Positions 1-9,960 of a DNA stretch of 64,000 nt are shown here, piece after piece. Position 1 is the stretch's first letter. Each line of letters starts with the position of its first letter. The translations under genes were made by a program, and so were the position numbers. The notes under the pieces are model-generated. The model saw only the letters and a program-made list of their open reading frames with translations, had not been told where the DNA came from and ran no database searches. The DNA lies in contig CAWAQY010000005.1 of NCBI GenBank assembly GCA_963784375.1, positions 11,896-75,895 of the forward strand, in the 5' to 3' direction. The DNA is from an uncultured Chloroflexia bacterium. GTDB lineage: Bacteria > Chloroflexota > Dehalococcoidia > GIF9 > UBA5629.

Positions 1-1173
1 ATACTTTTTATCACAATGTCTCTGCAGGTAACGATTGCAGAAAAATTCGTGGTAGCCATTTCATTTGGAGTCAAAGTCCGTAGTCGTACCCCGTAATTTC
101 CCTTGCTTGTGGCAGTCCATGAATATTTTACGGTGAATGTATCGGCTCCGTAAAAAGTTATGCTATTCGTCGGCCCTTTGACTCCATCGCTTTGCTCCCA
201 AAGGTAAGTTACTACGCAGGGGCCATTTGTAGTAATCGCTCCGACATATTCCATCTTCATAGGACAAGGGCAGTCACAGTAAGCTGGACCCTCTGTTATT
301 GCAACCTTTGTTACATTAAAGGACTTTGTTGTTTGAACTGTAATCGGAATAGTTGAAGTTACGGTTCCGTTAGAATTACTGGCAACTAACTGATAAGACG
401 TTGTTGATGAAGGTGAGAGCGATTTATTGCCAGCCTGAGTTACTTTGCCTATCCCCGGCTGGATTATTACGTTTGAGGCATTCATTATATCCCATCTTAA
501 AATGGTAGTCTCGCCAACAACAATTCTGTCAGGATCAGCACCGAAGTAGTTAATAACCGGCGGTGAGTCTGCACTAAATGTGGCCGGAACTTCAACCTGG
601 GCAGTTGCTTTCGTGCTGCCGATATCGTTGATAGCATTTAATGTATACACGGTAGTCACTCCCGGGAGAAACCACCCTGCTGCCCGATAAACCTACACTC
701 CCTGCTTCATTGTCCAGCAAAACCTGTGTTGCCCCGGTAACATTCCAGCTCAATGTAGAAGACTCTCCCGGGCCAATATTTGAAGGAGTCGCCTTAAAAT
801 ACTCGATAACAGGGCCTGCCTGGGTGCTACCACCGACAGTAAGTTTTTTCTGTGCTTCTTTAGACCAGGCTCCCGTTGTATCCTGAACTTTAAAATATAT
901 AGTATGCACTCCGGAAGATAATTTTGAGGTCTCAAAGCTTGGTAAAATATTAATATCTCCATCTTTATCTGAACGCCATACATAAGCTGTTATCGTCCCG
1001 CTGAGTGGAATCCCGTGCCCGGTCATGGCAATATTTTCGCCGACACTGGCTTTTTCAGTAGATATTGAATCGATAATTGCTACGGGCAGGTTTGTATCAC
1101 CTGGCCGGCCGGATTGGCAACCCCCCATCAACGCAATCCATAGAAATATTGTGACAACTATATATCTAGTCAT
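1..1173 (-). CDS. Lipoprotein-like secreted protein with tandem Ig-like (SWNVTGA-motif) domains and a C-terminal Cys-bracketed NGPxxVTYxWExSDG domain. The 3' end runs off the window and there is one frame break near 650-660.
   Basis: ORF 592..1173 starts MTRYIVVTIFLWIALMGGC (signal peptide, lipobox-like). After ...SRVVSPG the sense continues in another frame with no stop to position 1. Hand translation: TTVYTLNAINDIGSTKATAQVEV...TILRWDIMNASNVIIQPGIGKV...AITTNGPCVVTYLWEQSDG...LRTLTPNE. The domain types match the 58.5-64 kb array. Confidence 0.6.
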
Positions 1174-1263
1174 AGCTTAATGATCCAAAAGGATTGATTT
1201 CTTGACCCAAAAGGTTCATAATGAATTTACATACAAAAAAATAAATCCTCACTTACTTCTTCA

Positions 1264-1566
1264 TTGGGAGTCCACATGAAGTGCGTTTTTATTTTAGCTA
1301 CACAACTGCAAATATGGGATGGCCTCATAACACAGGTTCTGGTAAATAATGGGATAGCGAACGAAGGTAATCCCTTAATTCGCTCTCTTGTTGAACAGGG
1401 TGGCTTCCTCACACTCAAAATTCTTGGCTCCTTCTTGTGCCTGGCAGCTCTTTGGATTCTCTCAAAGTACGCGCCAAAGTTTTCCTTTGTAGCGGCATCC
1501 AGTTTAGCTGCATTGTATATGGCTGTAATATCCTGGAATTTTTTTGTCGTTTTCAACGTTTCCTGA
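1264..1566 (+). CDS. Small polytopic membrane protein, DUF5658-like
   Basis: 100-aa ORF with three hydrophobic segments and a GIANEGNPLIR motif resembling the xNPL signature of DUF5658-type proteins. Assignment by eye only. Confidence 0.45.
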   Translation: MGVHMKCVFILATQLQIWDGLITQVLVNNGIANEGNPLIRSLVEQGGFLTLKILGSFLCLAALWILSKYAPKFSFVAASSLAALYMAVISWNFFVVFNVS

Positions 1567-1656
1567 CTATCACCACGAACTATTTTCTCTGTCTCCCTTC
1601 CTTTTATAGGCCATTGGTAATTTAAAATAGGTTCTTAATTACTCCATTTATTAACG

Positions 1657-3450
1657 TTAAGCCGTTGCCAATTCATTATGATTAAGGTTGCAACCATTAG
1701 TGAAATCCCTTGTATCCATCAGATTTACTACTAAATCAACCACCTGAGAATCATATTTTTGCCCTTTTCCCTTGCTCAGCTCCGATAATATTTCTTCTTT
1801 ACTGCGAGCTGGGCGATAGGGTCGATGAGAACTCATTGCCTCAACCACATCACAAACTCCAAGAATGCGAGCACCTAAACTGAGCTTGCCGCCTGCTATT
1901 CCATCAGGATAACCGGACCCATCTAAGCGCTCATGGTGGTGCAGGATAGTATCACACACATCTTCGGGTAAGGTCATACTCTGTAAGATTTCACAACCGC
2001 GTTTGACGTGTGATCGTATCAATACCCATTCTTCATCAGTCAATGGACCTGGTTTTGATAAAATCGTTCCCGGTATTGCAGCCTTCCCGACATCATGTAG
2101 CAGTCCACAAAAATAAAGCCACTCAAGTTTTTTATTATTTATTCCTAATTTTTCTCCGACCTTGCATACCATCACGGCAAGTCGCTGTTGATGGCTCGCT
2201 GTATAAGGATCAATGATAAAGAGGGCCTTAGATAGCGTCCTGGCAAGGGAAATAAAATGGTGCTTCAGCTGCCTGTTTGACTGTTCGCGTTCAATTTCCT
2301 GGGAAATCATATTCGCAGCAGTGGTCAACATGTTAATATGTGCTGTTTTCCATTTTTCCGAGTTTGTTGATTTTGTAAATCCAATAGTACCTACGGGCTT
2401 TCCTTCCACAAAAATGGGTATGGTAACGAAAGCAGAGTCGCTGCTGCCGGTATCCATTTCGATCTCTTCGTTTCCTTTAACATTTACCCGCTGCTTCTCT
2501 TTGTTATTTATTGAGCTTTCTCTTTTGTTGTAAGAGTTCAAATAGGTATCATTGTCATATATATATATACGAGGGGTTATTGTCGCTCCTTTTTCGTTTA
2601 TGCCGCTTTCACAACTCAAAGAACCCGCCATATCGGGAGAAGTACTTAACGGTGAATCGGCGATATTTAGTAGCACGAACCCATGCCTGCTGTCGGTAGC
2701 CTTCGATAATTCTTCTAATATCATCTTATATGGAATTTCCTCTGTCGTTTCAATAATAACCTGCCCTACTTTGGCAATCGTTTGCAGGTAATGTTCTTTT
2801 TCCTGTTGAGCCTTTTCTACCTCTTTTCGTTCGGTAATATCTCGAGCAATTCCTTGAAAACCCTCTCGTTGACCGTTTCGGTCTTTAATTGGTACAAAAC
2901 TGATTTCTATTGGCACAATATTGCCATTTTGCCTGAGGGCATCAATGAAAAAATGCTGCCCGGCAATGTCCTTGGTTTCGTTAAGCTGCTTATGAATAAA
3001 GGATCGGTATCCAGTCGACAGCACATCGCGTATGTTCATAGTCAGGATAGTATTCATATCGAAGCCGGTGAGAGCCTCAATCGACGTGCTGGCAAATGTG
3101 AAATACCCCTCATTGTCGATAGTAAAAATAGAATCTTGGCTGGTATCGATAATATGCTGCAATCGTTTCTCTGCCCGACTGGCTTTTTCCCGCTTCTCTA
3201 TTAATTCATTTTGTATCTTAATAATTTCACGGAAGCTGAAATGAACCAACCCTCCAATAATGAGCATGGCAAACATCCAATCGAACATGGTCTGCAGAAG
3301 AGTCAATTGCGAGTTGGAGTTCAAGAAAAAATAGCGAATAATTTGAAGTGAAGCAAGCGTCGCACCCGCCATTGCTATTATCAGCCATTCTAACTGTCTT
3401 GATTTGGTCTTCAAGTCTTTTTTTATGATGTCATTTTGCATTTTTATCAC
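1657..3450 (-). CDS. Membrane-anchored PAS-GAF-HD-GYP protein (putative c-di-GMP phosphodiesterase)
   Basis: 597 aa with two N-terminal TM helices, a PAS-like segment and a GAF-like segment. The C-terminal part carries canonical HD-GYP motifs: LLHDVGK and HHHERLDGSGYP. Confidence 0.85.
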   Translation of the reverse strand: MIKMQNDIIKKDLKTKSRQLEWLIIAMAGATLASLQIIRYFFLNSNSQLTLLQTMFDWMFAMLIIGGLVHFSFREIIKIQNELIEKREKASRAEKRLQHIIDTSQDSIFTIDNEGYFTFASTSIEALTGFDMNTILTMNIRDVLSTGYRSFIHKQLNETKDIAGQHFFIDALRQNGNIVPIEISFVPIKDRNGQREGFQGIARDITERKEVEKAQQEKEHYLQTIAKVGQVIIETTEEIPYKMILEELSKATDSRHGFVLLNIADSPLSTSPDMAGSLSCESGINEKGATITPRIYIYDNDTYLNSYNKRESSINNKEKQRVNVKGNEEIEMDTGSSDSAFVTIPIFVEGKPVGTIGFTKSTNSEKWKTAHINMLTTAANMISQEIEREQSNRQLKHHFISLARTLSKALFIIDPYTASHQQRLAVMVCKVGEKLGINNKKLEWLYFCGLLHDVGKAAIPGTILSKPGPLTDEEWVLIRSHVKRGCEILQSMTLPEDVCDTILHHHERLDGSGYPDGIAGGKLSLGARILGVCDVVEAMSSHRPYRPARSKEEILSELSKGKGQKYDSQVVDLVVNLMDTRDFTNGCNLNHNELATA

Positions 3451-3505
3451 CTCTTGTAATTTAATGTTTTTACTTGGATCAATAATCTGTTTCTCAAGAA
3501 TTTAC

Positions 3506-5152
3506 TTATTGTTGTGTCCACTCATTGGGTTCAGAATCATACCCCACAGCTGTATCGGAATTTGACTCCATGATTGCGGTTCCTGGATCTTCGTCTTCTA
3601 CACTTCCCGCTTTCGACAATGTACGGCCGAGCCAGAAAAACAAGAATGCAACCAATAATACGCCAAAACCTATTAATATATATTTTGTCCAGTCAGGCAT
3701 GTTTAGCATAACAGTATCAAAGGTATACCCTTTATAAAAGGAGCTTATTGAAGACCAGGGGCTCTCATTCGAAGCTCCATCAATGGCTTTTACTCTCCAA
3801 TAGTACGGGTCTTTCTGGCTGGGTAAAAGTTTGCTATCTTCAGGCATATCAAAACTATTTTGGACCAGATTTGCCGTAGAGAGCAGTATCTCCGAAAATT
3901 TGGAATCTTTGGCAATTTCAAGAACATAGATTACTCCACTTGGATCATTCACCGCAGACCATTCCAGATGTAACGCTTTTTCGATTCGGGCAGAACCTGC
4001 AGGAGTATTGAGCGTAGGAGCTGCCGGTGCAGCTGATTCAACTGTAAAAATTACCTTCTGCACATTTACTCCATCTGTTATCGTTATATTATGAGGGCCG
4101 GAACGGCTCTTTGGTATTTTTATGGTATGTGTAAAGGTACCCTGGGCGTTCACCGCTGGCGCTTCTAATTTGACATTATCATAACTGATGGTAATAGGAA
4201 ATCCAGGTCGAAAACCGGAGCCCTGAATGCCAACTGAAATGCCGATATTGCCATTATTTGGGCTGATGGCGATGGTAGAAAGAACACCAATTTCACAATA
4301 TGAACGGTTTGCGCCATCATCAACTTTTATTTTATGAGTGCCGTCAGAACATGGAGGAACCTTGAACTTTGCTACAAAGTTACCGGTGTTATCCACCCTC
4401 ACCGATGCGATATCTTTATCATCAAAATAAATTGTGTTGTCCTTGGGTGGAAAGCCTGTCCCTGTGAGAGTAATTTCGGAACCTACAGTGGTTGATGTTG
4501 GAGAAATAGTAAGTTTTTGTTTGATGTTGAAGACACTACTTATCAAATTTCCTTCGCTATCCTGTAGTTTTATTGTGTGATCACCCTTGGTTGCTGGCGG
4601 AACAACGAAAGGAACCTCTAATATTTTCCCATTAGAATCGGTATCAACTGCGGTTACTTTTACGTCATCTACTGAGATGTTTATCGATTTTTTTGCCGCA
4701 AAACCCGTTCCTGAAACGGAAACGACATCATTGACATAGCCATTATCTGTACTCAAAGTAATTTTCGGGATAACTCTGAAAGTAGCCATCTTTTTATTTG
4801 TTCCATCGTCAGCTATTACGTTATAACGCCCAGCTGCATACAGATCAACAACAAAACTGGTAATTGCATAACCGCCGCTATCAGTGATTTCCTTGGCAGC
4901 TATGACCGTCCCTGTGGTTATAGTAGTTCCCGGACCGAAAATTACAATTACCTGTTTACTGGGTGTGTAATCGTAAATCCTGACAAAAACGGTGGACCCG
5001 ACAGCGCCTTCAGCCGGCAAAACTTCCACTCTGGGGTTGGGATCCGCTGCCGTCACTGGCGCAACAATAATAAAAGACGCGAGCGCAAATGCAAAGCATA
5101 TCAGCATCCCCCAAAATAATCTGCTTTTACGAATAGGAATATTTCTTTTCAT
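3506..5152 (-). CDS. Type I membrane surface protein with four IPT/TIG-like repeats, an FN3-like domain and a C-terminal TM anchor
   Basis: Start chosen at ATG 5152, preceded by GGAGG. There is an N-terminal signal/TM segment (LFWGMLICFAFALASFIIVAPVTA). The module xxGxxVxVxGxGF...G.hxIxV recurs four times. An FN3-like segment (LEWSAVNDPSG...YYWRVKAIDGASNESPWS) is followed by a TM helix (YILIGFGVLLVAFLFFWL) and an acidic tail. Confidence 0.7.
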   Translation of the reverse strand: MKRNIPIRKSRLFWGMLICFAFALASFIIVAPVTAADPNPRVEVLPAEGAVGSTVFVRIYDYTPSKQVIVIFGPGTTITTGTVIAAKEITDSGGYAITSFVVDLYAAGRYNVIADDGTNKKMATFRVIPKITLSTDNGYVNDVVSVSGTGFAAKKSINISVDDVKVTAVDTDSNGKILEVPFVVPPATKGDHTIKLQDSEGNLISSVFNIKQKLTISPTSTTVGSEITLTGTGFPPKDNTIYFDDKDIASVRVDNTGNFVAKFKVPPCSDGTHKIKVDDGANRSYCEIGVLSTIAISPNNGNIGISVGIQGSGFRPGFPITISYDNVKLEAPAVNAQGTFTHTIKIPKSRSGPHNITITDGVNVQKVIFTVESAAPAAPTLNTPAGSARIEKALHLEWSAVNDPSGVIYVLEIAKDSKFSEILLSTANLVQNSFDMPEDSKLLPSQKDPYYWRVKAIDGASNESPWSSISSFYKGYTFDTVMLNMPDWTKYILIGFGVLLVAFLFFWLGRTLSKAGSVEDEDPGTAIMESNSDTAVGYDSEPNEWTQQ

Positions 5153-5153
5153 A

Positions 5154-5930
5154 TCATTGCCTCCGTGTCGTACCTGCTTTGTGTTTGGATAGAACCTGCG
5201 ATATTTCTTCACTGAGTTTACTCAATGTGCTCAGATCCACGTCCGTCATAAGCGATGCTAATCCAGTAGCTTCGGATTCTTCTAAATCCTCGTCCTCAAA
5301 AATATCCATTAAACTACCACCGCCTTTTTTCTCCTGCGCTTCCTCAGGGACTTCAGGTGACTTGGCTTCTGCAGTAGCTTCGGTACTTTCAGGTAGCTTA
5401 GCGTCTTCGGGGGTTTTTTCTCCCCCGGATTTGGTTTCAGCATTTTTGCCTGGATCAAACAAGAGAGAAGTGGCACCCCCGCTCGTGTTTTCTTCTGTTG
5501 CCGAACCACCCACAGCAGTAGACATATCCACTGTTTCTCCCGAAGAATACCCGGGCTGCTTGGAATTTTTCTCCTCTGGCTTATTTGAGGGGTCACCTGT
5601 TGACAGCGGTGAGGAATTTTCCAGCGGGCTATCTGTAGTTTCACCGGATTGCTGCTTGGTCACATCCTTATTGGCTGATTTTACAGAGGGCTTAATCAAT
5701 TGAGGCCGCACAGACTTTTCCGGTTGCCTGGCGGAAATTGGTTTTTGAGGTTTCCCCTTTTCTTGTAGAGCATTGTTGCTGGCCCTCGATACAATTTTTC
5801 TATTCTTTTTACTGGATTGCTTCTTTTTCCCCATGTGGCTGGCAATGAGCAGGATGACTGTAGTTACAAATATCCCGACAATTACTACCATAACCATATA
5901 TATATTTATTTCGTATCCAAGAATTTCCAT
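5154..5930 (-). CDS. Single-pass membrane protein with a long disordered K/P/E/S-rich acidic tail, function unknown
   Basis: 258-aa ORF with an N-terminal TM helix (MVMVVIVGIFVTTVILLIA) followed by low-complexity sequence. It starts 28 nt after the arlJ stop and the next gene starts 1 nt after its stop. Composition bias makes the frame less certain. Confidence 0.5.
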   Translation of the reverse strand: MEILGYEINIYMVMVVIVGIFVTTVILLIASHMGKKKQSSKKNRKIVSRASNNALQEKGKPQKPISARQPEKSVRPQLIKPSVKSANKDVTKQQSGETTDSPLENSSPLSTGDPSNKPEEKNSKQPGYSSGETVDMSTAVGGSATEENTSGGATSLLFDPGKNAETKSGGEKTPEDAKLPESTEATAEAKSPEVPEEAQEKKGGGSLMDIFEDEDLEESEATGLASLMTDVDLSTLSKLSEEISQVLSKHKAGTTRRQ

Positions 5931-5958
5931 TTAAATCCTCGTCAGCTTATCCATAAAC

Positions 5959-7509
5959 CTATGAAACAGTACTAAATATACCCTTTAATATGTCAGGAAC
6001 CACCAACAAACTACCGCCGGATATGGCCATCGTAAGACCAAAATAGAACAGGAACTTTAGATTATTACCACCTTCCACTACTTTGATGGAAGCAGCATTG
6101 ATTATCGTAAGCATTATTACCATAGCGATAACCATCATATTTAGTGTGTGGAGCTGGCTGCCGCTATCTGTAAAAAACTGGAATGTCGGCAGTTGAGAAA
6201 GCATGTCCATGCTTCCTTCGACATCTGCAGAATTCGCTGTTTTTAAGAGTGTGGCAAAATTCACCAGGACCTGGTATATGCCCACCAGCAATACGACTAA
6301 GGCACTATGTATGACAATACAGGTATACGAAAAAGTTGAAGCTACCATATTGCGCTTGGCTCGGAGCAGGGCAACTTTCATGGAGAACTTGGATGCCTGA
6401 ACTCCTACAATTTGAGGATCTCCACCCACCGCGATACCATCCCAAAAAATCTGAACACTCCGGTTTATATGTTCACTTCCGGTGTTGGCTATAAACCTTT
6501 GCCAGCACACATCAGGGCTGATACCGAGTTGTAATGTGCTATTCAAACCGATTGCTGCCTTTTTCAACGATGCCTGAGCTCCAAAGTCCATCCTTCCGAT
6601 CGCTTCAGTTACCGTGGTTCCTATCGCTTTGGTAACCCCGCCAAGGTTTCTGAGAAAGCCAGCCGCATCGGCATCAAATTTATCTATCATGCGGTCATCC
6701 CACACTGCGATGAATCCTGTAGGCAGCAATATGATAGACATTACTAACATTGCCCAGGCTAAATCAATCTTCGTTATCAAGATAATAAGTATCATCACAA
6801 TCACTGCCGGAATGACCACAAATTTGAATAGTAGTTTTGAGATTTTTTGACCCAAAGAAGTTGTCGCCATTGAATGTGTTTTAACCTCTTTAGGGGATGA
6901 CCGGTACAATATCCAGGCACCGAGTAATGTCGCCATCAGCATAAACCAGGTCAGGGCCACGATGAATATAGTTTTCATGGGGAAAATCAGCATCGATACC
7001 ACGCTGATAACAACTACCAGGGCTGCCGACAGGATAAGGGCTACGTAAGCATCAGTCCATTTCCTCATATTCTCTACCGAGCGCTCATACCCGTCCCCGT
7101 AAATTTCTCCACTTGCCTGAGCCTCTCGTGCCAGGAATTCGGTTTCCTTTTCCCCGGAAGCCAGAGCACCTGACATCCGCAGAAGTATGGATTTTGCCTC
7201 GTGTTCTTTGGTGCTTTCACCGATCATGCGGCAGGCTTCCGCATAATCGAAATTAAGTTTCTTGGCCAGGAAATGTACTTTTCGGAAGAACCGGGAGGAG
7301 GTATAGGGCAAACTTTGAGCGTACTCGAAGAGCAGGTTCCGTGCCAGGTCTGACGTTGCCAGAGCTGACATGTAAGTCAGATGACAGAATAAATCTGCGT
7401 TCAAAAAGTCATTGTTATTAGACAGTTTTGCGGGGGCCTCGGAATCCCGGTCAGCCTGTCTAGAAAAGATTTTCTTTTTGAGCTTTAGCAATAACATTGA
7501 GGAGGTCAT
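5959..7509 (-). CDS. arlJ: Archaellum polytopic membrane platform protein ArlJ/FlaJ (T2SS-F/TadC superfamily)
   Basis: 516 aa with multiple TM helices separated by two cytoplasmic helical domains. It is the last gene of the H-I-J triad, and its 5' end overlaps the arlI 3' end. Confidence 0.8.
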   Translation of the reverse strand: MTSSMLLLKLKKKIFSRQADRDSEAPAKLSNNNDFLNADLFCHLTYMSALATSDLARNLLFEYAQSLPYTSSRFFRKVHFLAKKLNFDYAEACRMIGESTKEHEAKSILLRMSGALASGEKETEFLAREAQASGEIYGDGYERSVENMRKWTDAYVALILSAALVVVISVVSMLIFPMKTIFIVALTWFMLMATLLGAWILYRSSPKEVKTHSMATTSLGQKISKLLFKFVVIPAVIVMILIILITKIDLAWAMLVMSIILLPTGFIAVWDDRMIDKFDADAAGFLRNLGGVTKAIGTTVTEAIGRMDFGAQASLKKAAIGLNSTLQLGISPDVCWQRFIANTGSEHINRSVQIFWDGIAVGGDPQIVGVQASKFSMKVALLRAKRNMVASTFSYTCIVIHSALVVLLVGIYQVLVNFATLLKTANSADVEGSMDMLSQLPTFQFFTDSGSQLHTLNMMVIAMVIMLTIINAASIKVVEGGNNLKFLFYFGLTMAISGGSLLVVPDILKGIFSTVS

Positions 7510-9080
7510 AAAAATTCTTCACTCCCTGTTTGTTCAATTTCTCAAGTATTTTTGCGCGACGTTCAAGCAACGTATAGATTTGTCGTACCTTATGGGGGGG
7601 GATACCCATTTTGGGAGCTATCTTGTATTCCAGGAGATAGCTGTTATTATCACCTGTAAATTCGAACTTGTCTGTTACTGAATCCCACCTGAACACATCC
7701 ACGAACAAAAACGACTGTTTAGCTGCATCATACCCCACTATTTCACTGATGCTGAGCATTCTTCGCCCCATCTGGCCACCGGGTACTTTAACGGCGCTCT
7801 GTATGATTACCAGGTTAAGGTTGTCGATGTATGTCTTGGGGACATTGATAGGGTCGCCGGTAAGACGTTGAATGAGCCTTTCTACGGTAGCCGCGTGGAA
7901 CGTTGCCATACATGAATGTCCAGTCTGCATTGCCTGGAAGGCTATCGCCCCCTCGGATCCCCTGATTTCACCGATTATTATTTCGTTCGGCCTCTGCCTC
8001 AGGGCAGCTTTTAGAAGGTCGAACATGGTTACTGCGCCTGCTTCGCTGTCTTTTGTCGACCGTATTGTTTCTCTTATCCAGTTCTTGTGGGGTACTTGAA
8101 GCTCAGGGGTATCTTCTATGGAAACTATCTTGGCATTTGTTGGAATAAAAACGGTCACGGCGTTCAGCGTGGTTGTTTTTCCCGAAGCGGTCTCACCACA
8201 GACAAAGGTATTCATCCCCTCCCCCAGCATAATAGAGAGATATGCCGCCATCTGATAATTCAATGTTCCCATATCTATAAGCTCAAGAATCGAGAGGGGT
8301 GTTTCGCTGAATTTACGAATGGTAAAGTTAGAACCGCGTTTGGACACATCCCGACCATAGACAATATTTATTCTGGAACCGTCAGGGAGAGTTGCATCTA
8401 CGATAGGGCTATGGACACTTACCGGTTTCTTGATCCGTTCCGCCAATCTCATCACAAATGAATCCAGGTCTTCATTATCAGGGAAAACTGACTGCCGATT
8501 TCAGACTTTTAAAGATTTTGTGTTCTATAAATACAGACCCCATACCGCTGCAACTGATATCTTCAACATATTTGTCAGTCACTATTCCTTCCAGCATACC
8601 CATACCCAGTTTGTCTCTGACCATCATATACTTCAGGCTGCGTAATTGAGCAGGAGTTACCACCAGCGGTTTAATCTTGGAACGGAATGGCAACTTGTTC
8701 AGGAAACTGGTTGGCCTGTCTGTAGTAGTGACTACCAGGTCAATATTTTGAAGAATCCGTTTTCTCCGCTCTTCATCTGAAGCAATTGCCTTCAAATTGA
8801 GAAGCTCCGATATGTCGAGCAATCTTTTCTCAATTTCTATCATGAGCTTGTCCAGGTCCTCCCCGACGATCGGTTCTATCGGGATGTAGGTATCCCGGCC
8901 ATCATTACCGTCGTGGAGGATGTGGGTGAAGATACCACCTTTTACCGGGTAAATCAGGTTTGGATGTTTGCCACTCTTCGCCATTGACCTGTCCAATTTT
9001 TTATGAAACTGGGGGATACCATGTTCTTTTACAGGGATCATATTCAAATACCGCAAAAGGTGAGGGTTCTTCTGAACCAC
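7460..9080 (-). CDS. arlI: Archaellum assembly/motor ATPase ArlI/FlaI, one gene split by a 1-nt frame break at ~8478
   Basis: Carries Walker A GETASGKTT, Walker B/Asp box IIIGEIRGSEG and LPDGSRINIVYG. ORFs 8478..9080 and 7460..8455 join as ...KSAVSFP-DNEDLDSFVMRLAERI... if one base in ttccc(t)gataat is ignored. Confidence 0.85.
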
Positions 9081-9201
9081 TTCCTGGGCTTCTTTGGAAA
9101 GCAGGCTCAGTATGTCACAGGAATCCCCCTTTTTATTTTTGTTTGTATCCGTTGGAAACGGGATAAATCATTTTTGGCACAATATGTTCCCTCTCAATTT
9201 C

Positions 9202-9933
9202 TCAGGCCTGGGCTCTGCCCATCGGCATGATTCGCATCCCTAAACCGGGATCAACATCGAAGCTCAATACGTTACCGGTACTTTTCGCAGCCCCTCTAAC
9301 TTTGGATACCTCAAGTACCTTGACCAGTTTATCTCCAACTTCCTCTATGCGGAGCCGGAAATGGGCATCACATGCAGAGCGCAGACGTATTAATATCTGC
9401 TCATCGAATGCATAGGTATGAGCAATATTTATCAGAGTTTTTCCGTCATCACATATTTTCTTGCAATCTTCAAAATAGCTTAGAATCTGATCCTTGGTAG
9501 TATGGGCAATGACCGGCGTCAAGGAATCAACAACTATCACATCATAGCTTGGGAATGCCCGGACTCCCGATACAATGGTAGCAAAGGTATTCATCTGATC
9601 CATCTTGGATGCTTCGATTGTGAATATTTTCATCCAGCCGAGCAGTAAAGCATCAGTAATACCCAAACCCAGGCTTTCCATCTGCTTGTTCATACTTTTT
9701 ACCGTATTCTCAGCAGTAAATAATAGGACCCTGTGGTGACAGGAAAGAGCCCCATGCATAATTTGCTGTGCCACTACCGATTTGCCTGCATCTGACTCGC
9801 CTTCAATAAGGGTAAGGGAACCGACGGGTATTCCACCACCCATCTGCTTGTCAATTTCTCGCTGTCCGGTGCAGATCAGTTCCGCATGCTGTACTTCATT
9901 TTCCCCTTCATCAGCTATAGAAACTTTCATCAC
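9202..9933 (-). CDS. arlH: KaiC/RecA-like ATP-binding protein ArlH/FlaH
   Basis: 243 aa with Walker A GESDAGKS and a RecA-like fold pattern. It lies immediately upstream of arlI. Confidence 0.8.
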   Translation of the reverse strand: MMKVSIADEGENEVQHAELICTGQREIDKQMGGGIPVGSLTLIEGESDAGKSVVAQQIMHGALSCHHRVLLFTAENTVKSMNKQMESLGLGITDALLLGWMKIFTIEASKMDQMNTFATIVSGVRAFPSYDVIVVDSLTPVIAHTTKDQILSYFEDCKKICDDGKTLINIAHTYAFDEQILIRLRSACDAHFRLRIEEVGDKLVKVLEVSKVRGAAKSTGNVLSFDVDPGLGMRIMPMGRAQA

Positions 9934-9960
9934 TATTACCTTTACTTTTGCATTCTATTT

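Noticed and set aside
2010-3244. Numerous 60-170-aa ORFs antisense to or overlapping long genes. Examples: 2010..3244 inside the HD-GYP gene, 750..983, 5179..5703, 13288..13818, 14547..15032, 33735..34271, 40386..41289 and 55450..55980.
   Set aside because: They lie entirely within well-supported genes on the opposite strand or in another frame. They have low-complexity or odd composition and no RBS. These are shadow ORFs.
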